From Dehalococcoidia bacterium (GTDB lineage: Bacteria; Chloroflexota; Dehalococcoidia; Lucifugimonadales; UBA3495): a stretch of 64,000 nucleotides of DNA. Shown piece by piece: positions 44,773-53,400 of this stretch. The first letter of the stretch is position 1. Each line of letters opens with the position of its first letter. A program made the position numbers and the translations under genes. The stretch is taken from the NCBI GenBank assembly GCA_030740155.1, contig JASLXV010000033.1, positions 971 to 64,970 on the forward strand. The letters are read 5' to 3'. The notes below the pieces were generated by a model. The model had not been told where the DNA came from, did no database searches, and saw nothing but the letters and a program-made list of their open reading frames with translations.

Positions 44773-45174
44773 CTACGTGATTTTAGACGAATCGTGGCTT
44801 ACTTCACCCAGAGGTTGCCGGTCCTTGAAGACTTGCTCCGGCCCCGGCGGTGTGAGCAGAACGAGTATCTCAACCTGCTCGCCGGTCAAGTTGGCATGAA
44901 CGTGCTCGGTGCCCGGTGAGATGACGGCGACCGCCGCGGCCGGCAGGAGGTACTCTTCTCCATCTGCGAACAAGGTCAAGGTTCCCCGCTGGGTGATGAC
45001 CACCTCGGTAGTGGCCGGTTTGGTGTGGGGCTCCGACCTCTCTCCGGGAGGGAACAGCACCCGGACGCAGGAAACGCTGTCCACGCCGTCGCTGGGCTCC
45101 AGGATCACCTTGGTCAAGCGCCCCTTGCCGATGTAGGTCGGACGCTCTTCGAGCCGGATGAGATTCACGCCCAT
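44773..45174 (-). CDS. Cupin-domain protein
   Basis: Small beta-barrel pattern with PGERSEPH...G.......PGTEH. Confidence 0.6.
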   Translation of the reverse strand: MGVNLIRLEERPTYIGKGRLTKVILEPSDGVDSVSCVRVLFPPGERSEPHTKPATTEVVITQRGTLTLFADGEEYLLPAAAVAVISPGTEHVHANLTGEQVEILVLLTPPGPEQVFKDRQPLGEVSHDSSKIT

Positions 45175-45342
45175 GGCTTGTGCCCCCTTCGGTGATGATG
45201 GATTGTTGTCTGTCGCCGGAACGGCCTGAGGCGATCGAAGGCCGGGCCCCTTGAGCCGGGAAACCGGCTCCGGTGGTATAATCTCTCGAAGCTGCCGGTA
45301 CAGTAGTATAGCTCAATCCGCCTTGGCGCCGGCGCGCCGGCG

Positions 45343-46608
45343 GTGCACCGGCCGGAGTTTTATCAGGTAATGAATTTTATCCTGGTGCGTTTCGGATTGG
45401 GAGACCCGACGTGGCTGGATCCGGCCACCGCGGTGGGCATCGCCCTGATCTCCTTGATCGCGGCCGTAGTCTTTCACAAGCTGCTGTTTCGCCTCGTCCT
45501 GCGTTTAACCCAGTGGACCCCCAGCGACCTGGACTCAAGGATGGTGCGGGCCACCCGCTGGCCAATTACCCTGGGCATCATCGTGCTGGGCGTGTACCTG
45601 GCCATCATCATACCGCTGGACCTGAGCGCCGAGCAGAGGGATACCGCGGACACCATTGCCGGCTTGCTGGGTATCTTCCTGGGCATCTTGGTGGTGACCG
45701 CCTCGGTGTCCAATGGCCTTGATTGGTACTTGGAGAACCTCACGCGCACTCAGCACGTGGTTGACCTGCGGATGTTCCCCTTGCTGCGGCGGTTCACCGT
45801 TTCCCTGATCTACGGTCTGGGCGCCCTCCTGATTCTGGACCTCCTCGACATCAACATCAGCCCCCTGATCGCCGGTCTGGGATTGGGAGGGTTGGCCATC
45901 GCCCTGGCCATTCAGCCCACGCTGGCCAACCTGTTCGCCGGTACCTACGTGATGACCGAGGGGGTTGTTGCGCCGGGGGACTTCATCGAGTTGCAAGGCG
46001 GCGTCACTGGGTACGTGGTGGAAGTGGGCTGGCGCAGCACCCGCATCCGAACCTGGCGGAACAACCTGGTGGTGGTGCCCAACGGCAAGTTCGCCGAGAC
46101 CATCATCACCAACTACCAGCGCCCGGTGCCGGCGGTCAACGTATACCTCAGCTGCGGGGTGAGCTACGACAGCGACCTTTACGAGGTGGAGCGGGTCTGC
46201 CGGGAGGTCATGGATGAGGTGTTGGAGGCCGAGCCCAGCGCCGTCAAAGAGTACGGGGGCTGGTTTGGCTTCGACAACTTCGGCGACTCCAACGTGAATT
46301 TCTGGCTTTTCCTCCAGGCCAGGGACCGGTTGGGCAGCTTCACGGTTCAGAGCATCTTGATACAGAAGCTTCACCAGCGACTGAGAGAAAATGGCATGGT
46401 GATCAACTACCCGATGCGGAGCCTCCAGCTTCCCAAGGGTCTGTGTCTCGAAACATCGACGGCCCGTGTTGAGGGAGAGCCGGCGGGCCGGCCTCCTGCC
46501 GGCAGAGTCCGCGGGCGGCGCCGCCGCCGCCGCCCGCCCCGGGAGTTGCACGTCTCCCTGGAGGCCGATGGGGAACCGGATGGTGACGGAGATGTCGGGA
46601 GTCCTTGA
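45343..46608 (+). CDS. Mechanosensitive ion channel (MscS family)
   Basis: Several N-terminal TM helices, then a GDFIEL..V.G.V.EVGWRSTRIRTWRNNLVVVPNGKF MscS beta-domain. The start is uncertain (GTG 45343 or ATG 45370). Arg-rich tail. Confidence 0.8.
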   Translation: MHRPEFYQVMNFILVRFGLGDPTWLDPATAVGIALISLIAAVVFHKLLFRLVLRLTQWTPSDLDSRMVRATRWPITLGIIVLGVYLAIIIPLDLSAEQRDTADTIAGLLGIFLGILVVTASVSNGLDWYLENLTRTQHVVDLRMFPLLRRFTVSLIYGLGALLILDLLDINISPLIAGLGLGGLAIALAIQPTLANLFAGTYVMTEGVVAPGDFIELQGGVTGYVVEVGWRSTRIRTWRNNLVVVPNGKFAETIITNYQRPVPAVNVYLSCGVSYDSDLYEVERVCREVMDEVLEAEPSAVKEYGGWFGFDNFGDSNVNFWLFLQARDRLGSFTVQSILIQKLHQRLRENGMVINYPMRSLQLPKGLCLETSTARVEGEPAGRPPAGRVRGRRRRRRPPRELHVSLEADGEPDGDGDVGSP

Positions 46609-46633
46609 TACCCGGCCGGTCACTGGTTATAAT
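46605..46633 (+). promoter_or_regulatory. Near-consensus sigma70 promoter (TTGATA-17 nt-TATAAT) for tRNA-Ile
   Basis: Hexamers and spacer read directly. The -10 ends 21 nt before the tRNA 5' end. The -35 overlaps the MscS stop codon. Confidence 0.55.
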
Positions 46634-46654
46634 TCAAATACTACTGGCAATTGT

Positions 46655-46731
46655 GGGCCTGTAGCTCAGGCGGTTAGAGCGCGGTCCTGATAAGACCGAG
46701 GTCGTTGGTTCGAGTCCATCCAGGCCCACCA
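46655..46731 (+). tRNA. tRNA-Ile (anticodon GAT), CCA encoded
   Basis: Hand-folded cloverleaf: acceptor GGGCCTG/CAGGCCC, D-arm GCTC/GAGC, anticodon loop CTGATAA, T-loop TTCGAGT (one T-T mismatch in the T-stem), 3' ACCA. Confidence 0.85.
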
Positions 46732-46768
46732 AACCTCTCCTTCACTGGTCCCCCTCCGTCTTTCACAC

Positions 46769-47035
46769 CTACCCTTCCGGAAGTAGCCGCAACACGTCTG
46801 CATGGCAGGGCCGTAGAGCGTGGAAGTGGCGGCGGTCCAGCGTGGCCAGCTTGGGGTCGTTGAGCCGCTCGACGATCGCGAGGACCCCAGCGCCGACAAG
46901 CCCCACATCGGCGTCAGCGTACCGGTCACAGATTTCGCGGATACGCCGGTAATCCTCGGGCTGTAGTTCCTCGACACGATAGGCGCCGGAGACGATGTCG
47001 TCTATGAGGGCTCTGTTTCCAAGCGCGTTTCGCCG
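46769..47035 (-). pseudogene. 5'-truncated PIN-domain (VapC-like) toxin remnant
   Basis: Own translation; the frame has no start codon. ...EDYRRIREICDRYADADVGLVGAGVLAIVERLNDPKLATLDRRHFHALRPCHADVLRLLPEG* matches the C-terminal two-thirds of VapC (xTxDxxHF motif). The N-terminal 40-50 aa are missing, and an in-frame TAG lies just upstream. Confidence 0.5.
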
Positions 47036-47072
47036 CTATCATGGTGTGGAGAAGAAATCCGGAGGTGCGACC

Positions 47073-47420
47073 GTGAAAGGCGAAATCGGAAAGGCTCTTC
47101 TAGTGGTGTTCATGGAACCCAAAGCGGGGACGGAAGCGGAGTTCAACCGGTGGTACAACGAGCACCATGTTCCCGAGCGAGTATCGGTGCCCGGTATTCT
47201 TGGCGCCCGGCGGTACGAACTGTGCGAGGGGGAAGGAGCCACCAAGTATCTTGCCATCTACGAGTTGGAGGACGAGGGGGTCCTGCACGGCGAGGCCTAC
47301 CTGGAGCTGCGAGACAAATCCACACCCATGGACTTCGAACGCCCCAACGTCCAGCGGCTGGTCTACCGGCAGGTGTATCCGGAGACCGGCGCCTATGAGG
47401 ACAAGTCCGGGGCCCCTTAG
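47073..47420 (+). CDS. Small dimeric alpha/beta-barrel-type (EthD/DUF-like) protein
   Basis: ALLVVFMEPKAGTEAEFNRWYNEHHVPERVSVPGILGARRYEL. The start is moved to GTG 47073, 5 nt after GGAGGTG. The family assignment is tentative. Confidence 0.45.
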   Translation: MKGEIGKALLVVFMEPKAGTEAEFNRWYNEHHVPERVSVPGILGARRYELCEGEGATKYLAIYELEDEGVLHGEAYLELRDKSTPMDFERPNVQRLVYRQVYPETGAYEDKSGAP

Positions 47421-47628
47421 GCGGCCTCTCCCGGATACACCTGCCCTTCGGGGAGATCCCCGAGCCTCGTCCGAGTCCGTCAGTTGGGCGGGCCAGTAAA
47501 GTGTTACCCATATGCCCGGTTCTTCTGTTACCAGTCTCCCCGGTTTATACGACGGCCACCCCTCTCCCATCGGGAGAGGCGCCGGGGGTGAGGGCCGACG
47601 GTTCAGGAAGGAATCAACAGGAGGAGCT

Positions 47629-48624
47629 ATGGCGTTGAAGACGTGTTTCATCGACGTGACCCATTGGCACTCCCCCCACTACTACCCAACGATGCAGCAA
47701 CTGGCGGTAGTGGCGGCGATCAGTGCCAGAAACCCCGAAACCGGGCGGGAGGTGGCCGCCGGCCTGGGCTCCCGCTTCTACACTGATTGGCGGGAGATGG
47801 TGCAAAAGGAGCGCCCCGACTTCGTTTTCTCGCTGGGGCGGCACTGCGACATGGCGGAGACCGCCCGGTTCTTGCTGGAGGAAGGGGTGCCCTTCGCGAT
47901 GGAAAAGCCCATGGGTCTGAACCTCAAAGAAGTGGAGGAATTGGCGGCCCTGGCTAAGCGGAAGAACGCCTTCGTCGCCGTGCCCTTCTCGATACGGATG
48001 GCCCCCTGGGTGCGCAAGATCAAAGAGCTGGAAGGGCCTGCCGCGGACTTCTTCCACGCCAATTTCCGGTTCATCGCGGGCCCTGTGAGCCGCTACTACC
48101 GGAACGGCAACGTCTGGAACCTGAAGAAAGCCGAGGCCGGAGGGGGCTGCCTGACCAACGTCGGCATCCACTTCCCCGACCTGTACCTCCACCTTACAGG
48201 GAAGAAGCCAAAGAGCGTCTACGCTGTGATCAGCAACAGCGTTTACGGCGAGGAGGTCGAGGACTTCGCCCACCTGACGATGGAGATGGAAGATGGGGCG
48301 CTGTGCTCCATTGAGAGCGCCTACGTCCACACCCAAACGCCCCGGGCTCCCAGCGTCGAGTTCTCCCTGCACAGCAAGCGGTACCAGTTCCGCTCCATCG
48401 ACCGGAACACCATGCTCTGGTGTGATGAGCAGGGTAATCACAACTACCTGGAAGCTCCCCAGGACAACAGCTCCTTCTATCCCGCATTCGTGGCCGATAC
48501 CTTGGAGGCCCTCCAAAAGGGGAGGTCTCCCGTCGCCGGAATCGAGGACGACCTGGCCGCGATGCGCATCGTGGACGCCGCCTACCGGTCCGCCGCCCAG
48601 GGCACGGTGGTTCAGCTGGCCTGA
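47629..48624 (+). CDS. Gfo/Idh/MocA-family oxidoreductase
   Basis: EKP motif (FAMEKPMG) and the overall layout. Start at ATG 47629 after CAGGAGGAG. The upstream part of the track ORF is read from a REP-like hairpin (47561-47579). Confidence 0.7.
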   Translation: MALKTCFIDVTHWHSPHYYPTMQQLAVVAAISARNPETGREVAAGLGSRFYTDWREMVQKERPDFVFSLGRHCDMAETARFLLEEGVPFAMEKPMGLNLKEVEELAALAKRKNAFVAVPFSIRMAPWVRKIKELEGPAADFFHANFRFIAGPVSRYYRNGNVWNLKKAEAGGGCLTNVGIHFPDLYLHLTGKKPKSVYAVISNSVYGEEVEDFAHLTMEMEDGALCSIESAYVHTQTPRAPSVEFSLHSKRYQFRSIDRNTMLWCDEQGNHNYLEAPQDNSSFYPAFVADTLEALQKGRSPVAGIEDDLAAMRIVDAAYRSAAQGTVVQLA

Positions 48625-48958
48625 AAACACCCGCCGGCGGGTCCGGCACCCGGTCAGGGCCCGGGCGCCTACTGACCCAGGTATCGTTGGAAGCCTCACC
48701 GTGGCAGACCTTGCGACCAGCAACCTACCCTCCTCCTTTCTATAAGGGGGACACAGGGGGATTTCGTCCCTCACGCTCTCGGCGGATGTTGTCTCGAGGA
48801 CCAGCACATTCAACCGATACGACGCTTCGGATCGGCGCCTCCCGGCCGGCTCGGCACGAGCGGAAGAACCGCGGGTCGACCCGGCGGTGGCGGCGGGTTC
48901 TTGAGCAGATCGATTGTTTGCTGTTAGACTCCGGTGAGCCTATTGCGGAGGTGCAGGA

Positions 48959-49825
48959 ATGGCCAGAATCTACCTTTTGGGCACGGGAACACCAACGCCG
49001 ACGCCCGACAGGTTCGGTTCCTCCCATGTCATCGAGGTTGCCGGTGAATACCTGATGTTCGACTGCGGGCCGGCGGCCACCCACAAGCTCGTGAAGGCGG
49101 GCCTCTGGCCAACCCAGATCGACTACCTGTTTTTCAGCCACCACCACTTCGACCACGACGTGGACTACCCGTGCTTCTTGCTCTGCCGGTGGGACCAGAG
49201 CGTCGGCAAGGAGAATCAGCTGAAGGTGTACGGCCCCACCCTGACCGAGACCATCACCGACCGGATCCTGGGAGAGGAGATCGGCGCCTTCTCCCACGAC
49301 TGGAAGGCCCGAATCAACAACGCCGGCAGCCAGCGGGTCTACGTCAACCGGGGTGGCACTCTCCCCCGCAAGCCGCCGTCGGTTGATGTGCATGACATCG
49401 GGCCGGGATTGGTGCACACCGGCAAGGATTGGAAGGTCACGGCGGCCGTCGCGGAGCACGCTCAGCCGTGGCTTGACTGCTTGGCCTACCGGTTGGACTC
49501 CTCGGAGGGCAGCATCGTCTTCACCGGCGATACCCGTCCCTGCGAGTCGGTGACGGGCCTGGCCAAGGACGCCGACGTGATGCTATGCATGTGTTGGGGA
49601 CACACCGGCGATATGGACGCCACCGGAGAGGGTCAGACCAGCATGTGCGGCACCCTCGGAGCGGCGGCGATGGCCCAGGAGGCCGGGGTCAAGCGCTTGG
49701 TCCTGGTTCACACGGGTCCTGGCCTGTGCCGGCCCGGCTCCATGGAAAAAGGCATCGGTGACATCAAGAAGGTGTACGACGGGGAGCTGGTTTTCGGGGA
49801 AGAACTCATGGTGCTGGACGTGTAA
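48959..49825 (+). CDS. MBL-fold metallo-hydrolase (RNase Z/BN-like)
   Basis: MARIYLLGTGTPTP...FFSHHHFDHD. Confidence 0.75.
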   Translation: MARIYLLGTGTPTPTPDRFGSSHVIEVAGEYLMFDCGPAATHKLVKAGLWPTQIDYLFFSHHHFDHDVDYPCFLLCRWDQSVGKENQLKVYGPTLTETITDRILGEEIGAFSHDWKARINNAGSQRVYVNRGGTLPRKPPSVDVHDIGPGLVHTGKDWKVTAAVAEHAQPWLDCLAYRLDSSEGSIVFTGDTRPCESVTGLAKDADVMLCMCWGHTGDMDATGEGQTSMCGTLGAAAMAQEAGVKRLVLVHTGPGLCRPGSMEKGIGDIKKVYDGELVFGEELMVLDV

Positions 49826-49838
49826 CCCAGGCTCGGCC

Positions 49839-49866
49839 CCTGGTCCCTGGTCTCCGGTCCCCGGTC
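49839..49866. repeat. Four tandem heptamers (CCTGGTC CCTGGTC TCCGGTC CCCGGTC)
   Basis: Read directly. Starts 14 nt after the MBL gene stop. Confidence 0.65.
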
Positions 49867-49933
49867 CAACGAAGCGTGCCGAACCGGGCCATTCCAAATT
49901 TCCAACCCCGGGCAGGGAGAGCCTTAACCATCA

Positions 49934-50008
49934 CACCGGCGGAAGCCGGTGTCCAGGCAGGAAGCTGGCGCCAACACTCCATGGATTCCAGCCTTCGCCG
50001 GAATGACG
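49934..50008. repeat. REP-like element: CACCGGC-GGAA-GCCGGTG hairpin plus GGATTCCAGCCTTCGCCGGAATGACGG
   Basis: Read directly. The second part, in reverse complement, encodes the widespread ...VIPAKAGI... pseudo-peptide typical of such repeats. Confidence 0.5.
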
Positions 50009-50060
50009 GGCAGGTGACCGGCACACTGCCGCCGAGCCCAATCCGTAGGTCCCAAGGGCA

Positions 50061-50069
50061 TGCTATACT
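50061..50069 (+). promoter_or_regulatory. Extended -10 promoter candidate (TGcTATACT) upstream of the helicase gene
   Basis: Read directly. There is no good -35. It would give a leader of about 100 nt. Confidence 0.3.
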
Positions 50070-50177
50070 AGACTGGGCGAATGTTGTAAGGCATCGCCGT
50101 AATTTTAGATTGACCGTGACCACGAGGCTGAGAGTGCGACTTGGCTCGGGACAGCAGTCAAGGAGTAGGCTCTCTTA

Positions 50178-51557
50178 GTGAATTTCGAACAGTTTTCCCT
50201 TCACCCTCAAGTCTTGGCCGGCGTTAAGTCGGTCGGCTTCGTCAAACCCACCCCAATCCAGGAACAAGCCATCCCCCTGGCATTGGAAGGCCGGGATGTC
50301 TTGGGCCTGGCCCAAACCGGCACCGGTAAGACCGCTGCCTTCGCGCTTCCCATCCTCCATCGTCTGGCCAGTGGACCTCGCAAGCGAGGCGTCCGGGCCC
50401 TGGTCATCGCACCGACCCGGGAGCTGGCCGAGCAAATCCATCAGACCTTCATCGAACTGGGGCGGCACCTCCGCATAAAGAGTGTCACAATCTACGGTGG
50501 CGTCGGCAAAGGCCCCCAATTGGCCGGCCTGAGAAACGGGGCCCAGGTGGTGGTCGCCTGTCCCGGACGGCTGCTGGACCACCTGAACCAAAAGGACATC
50601 GACCTCTCCAACGTCGAGGTGCTGGTCTTGGACGAGGCCGACACCATGTGCGACATGGGCTTCCTGCCCGACGTGCAGCGCATCCTGGGGCGTCTCCCCA
50701 CCGAGCGGCAGACCCTTTTCTTCTCGGCCACCATGCCCCCGGAGATCCGGTCATTGGCCGTGAAGATTCTGCGGAACCCGGAGTTGGTCCAGATTGGGGC
50801 CATCGCCCCGGCCAAGACCGTTTCGCATGCGCTCTACCCGGTGCCGGACCAACTCAAGAAGAGTCTGCTGCTGGCCCTCTTGAAGCAGACCCCCACCGGC
50901 CGCGCCCTGGTCTTCACCCGGACCAAACACCGGGCCCGGTCCCTAGCTTTGGACCTGGCCAGGAATTCGTACCGGGTGGCGGCGCTCCAGGGCAACATGT
51001 CTCAAAACGCCCGCCAACGGGCCATGGACGGCTTCCGCGACGGTAAATTCGACATCCTGGTGGCTACCGACATCGCCGCCCACGGCATCGATGTCCCCGA
51101 AATCTCCCATGTAATCAACTTTGATTTTCCCAACACCTCCGACACCTACACCCACCGGATCGGCCGCACCGGCCGGGCCGAACAGACGGGCGAGGCATTC
51201 ACCTTTGCCGGGGCCGAGGACGGCGCCATGATCCGTCTGGTGGAGAAGGACCTGGGGGCGCGGATCGAACGGCGGCGTCTACCCGGCTTCGACTACGGAA
51301 ATTTCGCCCCAGAGCAACAGTTCCCGGAGGAACGGGCCAGGCCCAGCAACGGCGGCGGACCTCGCAACGGTATCGGGCCTCGCAACGGCAGTGGGCCTCG
51401 CAACGGCAGCGGGCCTCATAACGGCAGCGGACCCCGCCGGAGCACGGACGGCCGGGGACCGGGGATGGGCCGGGAGCAGTACCGTGGCAATGGCGCCGCC
51501 AGTCCCGGAAGCCAAACGGCAAGGCGAAATACATCCAGGAGAGTATTTGGCCGCTAG
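50178..51557 (+). CDS. DEAD-box ATP-dependent RNA helicase with Gly/Arg/Asn-rich repetitive tail
   Basis: Q-motif (F....L.......G...PTPIQ), AQTGTGKT, PTRELA, DEAD, SAT and HRIGRTGR. Confidence 0.9.
   Translation: MNFEQFSLHPQVLAGVKSVGFVKPTPIQEQAIPLALEGRDVLGLAQTGTGKTAAFALPILHRLASGPRKRGVRALVIAPTRELAEQIHQTFIELGRHLRIKSVTIYGGVGKGPQLAGLRNGAQVVVACPGRLLDHLNQKDIDLSNVEVLVLDEADTMCDMGFLPDVQRILGRLPTERQTLFFSATMPPEIRSLAVKILRNPELVQIGAIAPAKTVSHALYPVPDQLKKSLLLALLKQTPTGRALVFTRTKHRARSLALDLARNSYRVAALQGNMSQNARQRAMDGFRDGKFDILVATDIAAHGIDVPEISHVINFDFPNTSDTYTHRIGRTGRAEQTGEAFTFAGAEDGAMIRLVEKDLGARIERRRLPGFDYGNFAPEQQFPEERARPSNGGGPRNGIGPRNGSGPRNGSGPHNGSGPRRSTDGRGPGMGREQYRGNGAASPGSQTARRNTSRRVFGR
51358..51429 (+). repeat. 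Four tandem 18-nt units (GGGCCTCGCAACGGCAGC consensus) encoding GPRNG(S/I)
   Basis: Read directly inside the helicase 3' end. Confidence 0.8.
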
Positions 51558-51831
51558 CACCGCTCTTTGATGCTGGCACGCCAAGCATGACGCGTCCGGG
51601 TTGGAGCTGATTTAGAGCCGGGGGTTCCCGGCTCTTTTCATGCCCGATTCGGACAGGACCGGGCGCCGGCGTGGTGACCGAAGGGCCGCCGGAGCCTACC
51701 GGCCGCATCTCAGGCGTGGATACTTGTGCGATGATCGGTAATTAGCGTAGTGTTGGGCCGGGCGTCCGGCGCCCGCTACCCGGGCGCCAACCGGGTGGGT
51801 TTTCCTGCGGGCCAGATACGAGTGGAGGTCT

Positions 51832-53142
51832 ATGGCCGCTGACCGAAAAGATGAAGGGCAGGCCTCGCCCGCCGGGCGGGCCGGCAGCCGCGAAGCCACC
51901 ACCGTCCAATCCAAAGAGCGGCGCGGCGGCCTCAACACCTTCTCCTCTCTTCAGAACAACCGGGATTACCGCTTCCTCTGGGCCGGCAACCTGTGCGCCA
52001 ACGCCGCCCAGTGGCTTCAGATATTCACCATCGGATGGCTGGTGTTTGAAATAAGCGACGGGTCGGCATTGCACTCGGTAGCCGTGGCCGGGATACGGTC
52101 CTTTCCCATCCTGGTCATCGGTCCCTGGGCCGGGGTGCTGGCCGACCGGTGGGACCGCCGCATGATCACCGTCGTGACCCAATGCGGGCTGGCGGTCGTG
52201 GCCATCCTGTTCGCCCTGCTGGTGGCCAGCGGGCAGGTGGAGGTCTGGCACGCCTACGTTTACATGAGCTTCGCCGGCATCGGGTTCGCCGTCAAGCAGC
52301 CGGTGCGGCAGGCCTTGATTGCCAACACCGTGCGCCGGGCGGATTTGCCCAATGCACTGGCCCTCAACGCCATGACCGTTACCTCCATGCGCCTGGTCGG
52401 CCCCCTCATAGGCGGCCTGCTCATCGCGACGGTGGGCTTCAAGTGGAATTTCTTTTTTGAAGCGAGTCTCTACATCGCCATGGTGCTTTTGCTGTTGCCC
52501 ATGCGGACTCCATACCAGGAAGCCAGCACCGCCCGCCGAGCGTCGATGCTGTCCAACCTGGTGGAGGGTATCGGCTACATCCTTAAAAACCAGGTCATGC
52601 TGCGTCTCACCATATTGAACTTCATCCGCACCGCCGTGTTCATGCCCCTGGTGCTTTTGCTGCCGGTGTACACGAAGGAAGCCCTGGACGCCGGAATCGG
52701 CACCGGCACCGCCATGATCGCCGTCATGGGCAGCGGCGGGCTGCTGGCCACCTTCATAATGGCGACCTGGGGCTTTTTCACTCAAAAAGGGAGGGTGGGG
52801 CTGATAGCCCTGCTGGCAGGCTCCGCAATTATCCTCGCGCTGGGTTTTTCCAACTCGATATGGATCTCTCTGCCCCTGATGGCGCTTATGGGGCTGGCCC
52901 AGACGCACTTTATCGTCAGCAACCAGACGCTGATCCAGCTCGTGGTGCCGGACCGTTTGCGCGGCCGGGTGTCCAGCGTCTGGCATTACGAGTCGGGACT
53001 GATTCCCCTGGCCGCGGTCGGTATCGGCTGGATGGCCGATCGCATCGACATCAACTTCGCCCTGACCGCCGTGGGCGTGGGGGCTGTGATCGTGTCCGCC
53101 TTCTGCATGGTACGGTTCAAGGACATCCGGTCGCTGGACTGA
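51832..53142 (+). CDS. MFS transporter
   Basis: Twelve-TM-like hydrophobic pattern and a DRWDRR loop motif. ATG 5 nt after GGAGG. Confidence 0.8.
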   Translation: MAADRKDEGQASPAGRAGSREATTVQSKERRGGLNTFSSLQNNRDYRFLWAGNLCANAAQWLQIFTIGWLVFEISDGSALHSVAVAGIRSFPILVIGPWAGVLADRWDRRMITVVTQCGLAVVAILFALLVASGQVEVWHAYVYMSFAGIGFAVKQPVRQALIANTVRRADLPNALALNAMTVTSMRLVGPLIGGLLIATVGFKWNFFFEASLYIAMVLLLLPMRTPYQEASTARRASMLSNLVEGIGYILKNQVMLRLTILNFIRTAVFMPLVLLLPVYTKEALDAGIGTGTAMIAVMGSGGLLATFIMATWGFFTQKGRVGLIALLAGSAIILALGFSNSIWISLPLMALMGLAQTHFIVSNQTLIQLVVPDRLRGRVSSVWHYESGLIPLAAVGIGWMADRIDINFALTAVGVGAVIVSAFCMVRFKDIRSLD

Positions 53143-53272
53143 GCGAGCAATTCATTGATTGACTTTCCTCTTCCTGCCCACCTGCCCGAAGGAGAGGGCC
53201 TGCACCCGCGTCGCCATGCGTCCGCAGAATGTGTTAACCTTCGATCCTTGGCGTTCCTCCTTGGGTGCACCC

Positions 53273-53302
53273 CTGACAAGGGCTTCCGCACCATGCTAGA
53301 GT
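53273..53302 (+). promoter_or_regulatory. Promoter candidate (cTGACA-18 nt-TAGAGT, with TGc extended -10)
   Basis: Read directly, upstream of the first CoA-transferase. Confidence 0.3.
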
Positions 53303-53400
53303 GACTTGACCCCAGACGATGGCCCAGGCAGTTGCCGGGCTTGGACCACCACGCGGGGGCCGATGCCAAGAAACAGGCACAATTGATACCGGAGGTCCAG

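Noticed and set aside
46666-46977. 103-aa minus-strand track ORF overlapping the tRNA-Ile 3' half.
   Set aside because: It overlaps a tRNA gene and has junk composition. A different frame in the same stretch carries the recognisable VapC remnant.
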